Of a DNA stretch of 64,000 nucleotides, positions 62,437 to 64,000 are shown piece by piece (position 1 is the first letter of the stretch; every line of letters starts with the position of its first letter). Below the pieces are notes generated by a model that made no database searches, was not told the origin of the DNA, and worked only from the letters and a program-made list of their open reading frames with translations. This DNA is from Mustelus asterias. Its lineage: Eukaryota. The translations under genes and the position numbers were made by a program. The stretch covers positions 85,374,001-85,438,000 of the forward strand of contig NC_135814.1 of the NCBI RefSeq assembly GCF_964213995.1, written 5' to 3'.

Positions 62437-63448
62437 TCTGTCTCGCCATTGCTTGAGATCCGACCCACTACAGTGGGGTCATTGGCGAACTTGAAAATTG
62501 AGTTGAGGGGGGTATTTGGCTGCACAGTCATAGGTGTATAAGGAGCATAGTAAGGGACTGGAGACACAGCCTTGCGGGCCCCAGTGTTGAGGATAATCAT
62601 GTAGGCCATGAATCTAGAATGCTGACTGGTTGGCGCATTCAGAATTCCCAACATTAAGTTATTCAAGCTCTGAACCAAGAAAATAAGTAATAAAATTTCT
62701 CCGTGGGATTTATCTGTTCCCTCTTTCTGCTATCTTTTATTAAAAAGTTGTAGACTGGGAGCGGTTAGGATATGGAAATATTTATTTGGTGTAATTTCCT
62801 TTCCTTTAGGGAATTACATCTCCCCTTGCACCTCACCTCACGCTGAAAATGATTGCAACAGGAATGCAATAGTATTGCTACAAGATCTGTTTACTTTTTT
62901 TCTGATTTACCACTACCAGACAATTTGGGGTTTTTTAAGTGAATCACAGGTGGACAGATTATTATTTTTAAAAATATTCTTTCAGATTATGCAGGTTTTG
63001 GAGAAAAACAGAAATGTAATATCTGAGTTTCTGTAAGTGGAAAGCAATTATTCCATTATCAAGAATTAAATCAGAAAATGCTGAACATGTTAACTGGGCA
63101 ATGAGTGCGGTGTAATAAAATCCTAGTAGTGTACAGCACAGACAGAGGCCATTCAGCCTATCAAGTCTTTTGTTGAGCAATCCAGCTCTAGAATGAATCA
63201 TAAAATGGCTACAGCACAGAAGGCCAATTGACCCATTGGGTACTTACCAGCTCTTTGCTCGGCCCACTCATCTCTCTTTCCAGAGTCCTGCAATCTTTTC
63301 CCTTTCCCCTTCCCTTTGCTTTTCCTTTTTGAAAGCCACAACTGAATCTGCCTCCACCTCACTCTCCAAGCGGTGCATTCCAGGTCCAAACCACTTACTG
63401 TGGAAAAACATTGTTCTTCTGCTGTTTTTTTTGCCATTCCACTTGAGG

Positions 63449-63722
63449 TTTAAGCTTATTTATTAGTGTCACAAGTCGGCTTACATTAACAGCGCAATGA
63501 AGTTACTGTGAAAATCCCCTAGTGGCCACACTGAGGGACAATTTAGCATGGCCAATGCACCTAACCAGCATGTTTTTTGGATTGTGGGAGGAAACCGGAG
63601 CACCCGAAGGAAACCCACGCAGACACTGGGAGAACATGCAAACTCCACACAGACAGTGACCCAAGACCAGAATCAAATCCGGATCCCTGGCACTGTGAGG
63701 CAGCAGTGCGAACCATTGTGCA
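63449..63722 (-). mobile_element. V-SINE with alternative (Rex/Babar-like) tail
   Basis: As the 45038 copy. Confidence 0.85.
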
Positions 63723-64000
63723 TCCCTTAAATCAGCATTGTCTGATTCTCAACTCTTCCGCCAACATGAATGGTTTTTATCTGTTCTATCCTGAACCCTT
63801 ATGATTTTGAACACCTCTATCAAATCTCCTCTCATCCTTCTCTAAGAAGAATAACCATGGCTTCTCCAATCTGCTCAGTGAAGTCCCTCATCCTTGGAAT
63901 CATTCTCTTAATTCTTTTTCTGCACCCTCTGCAATGACTTCACATTCCCCTCAAAGAGCAATTCCCCAAACTGGACACAATACTCCAGATGAAACCAAGC

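Larger units (their letters stand above)
60302..62598 (-). mobile_element. Rex1/Babar LINE interrupted by a SINE and a DNA transposon
   Basis: AHQCLYFLRTL..TNFYRCTIESIL; collinear with 5337-6630 once the inserts are removed. Confidence 0.85.

Noticed and set aside
62986-63036. Possible DGK terminal exon after ttctttcag (IMQVLEKNRNVISEFL*)
   Set aside because: No similarity to the expected IKITHKNQAPM terminal exon, and no other support.

Overview
Eukaryotic genomic DNA, almost certainly from an elasmobranch (shark): it carries HE1/V-type SINEs, HER1/CR1-type LINEs and Deu-domain SINEs. The only host-gene coding sequence I can support is two + strand exons (58000-58120 and 58652-58712) encoding the accessory domain of a type I diacylglycerol kinase, most similar to DGKG. 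I found no upstream DGK exon, so positions 1-57999 appear to be one giant intron, and the terminal exon lies beyond the window. The rest is dense, nested transposon debris: CR1, Rex/Babar, Vingi and L2 LINEs, Neptune-type Penelope-like elements (PLEs), three SINE families, and Harbinger relics and MITEs. The most notable observations are: (i) a full-length but remodelled U2 snRNA-derived retroposon with A-rich tail and target-site duplication (TSD), antisense just after the second exon; (ii) six minimal hammerhead ribozyme motifs in PLE pseudo-LTRs, three of them sense to the DGK pre-mRNA; (iii) a recurring fold-back architecture of PLE insertions down to ~90-120 bp hairpins; (iv) one SINE head with two alternative LINE-derived tails; (v) a locally templated insertion flanked by a ~71-bp duplication. 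All family assignments and comparisons are from motif recognition and recalled sequences, not database searches. Repeat boundaries are approximate unless TSDs are given.
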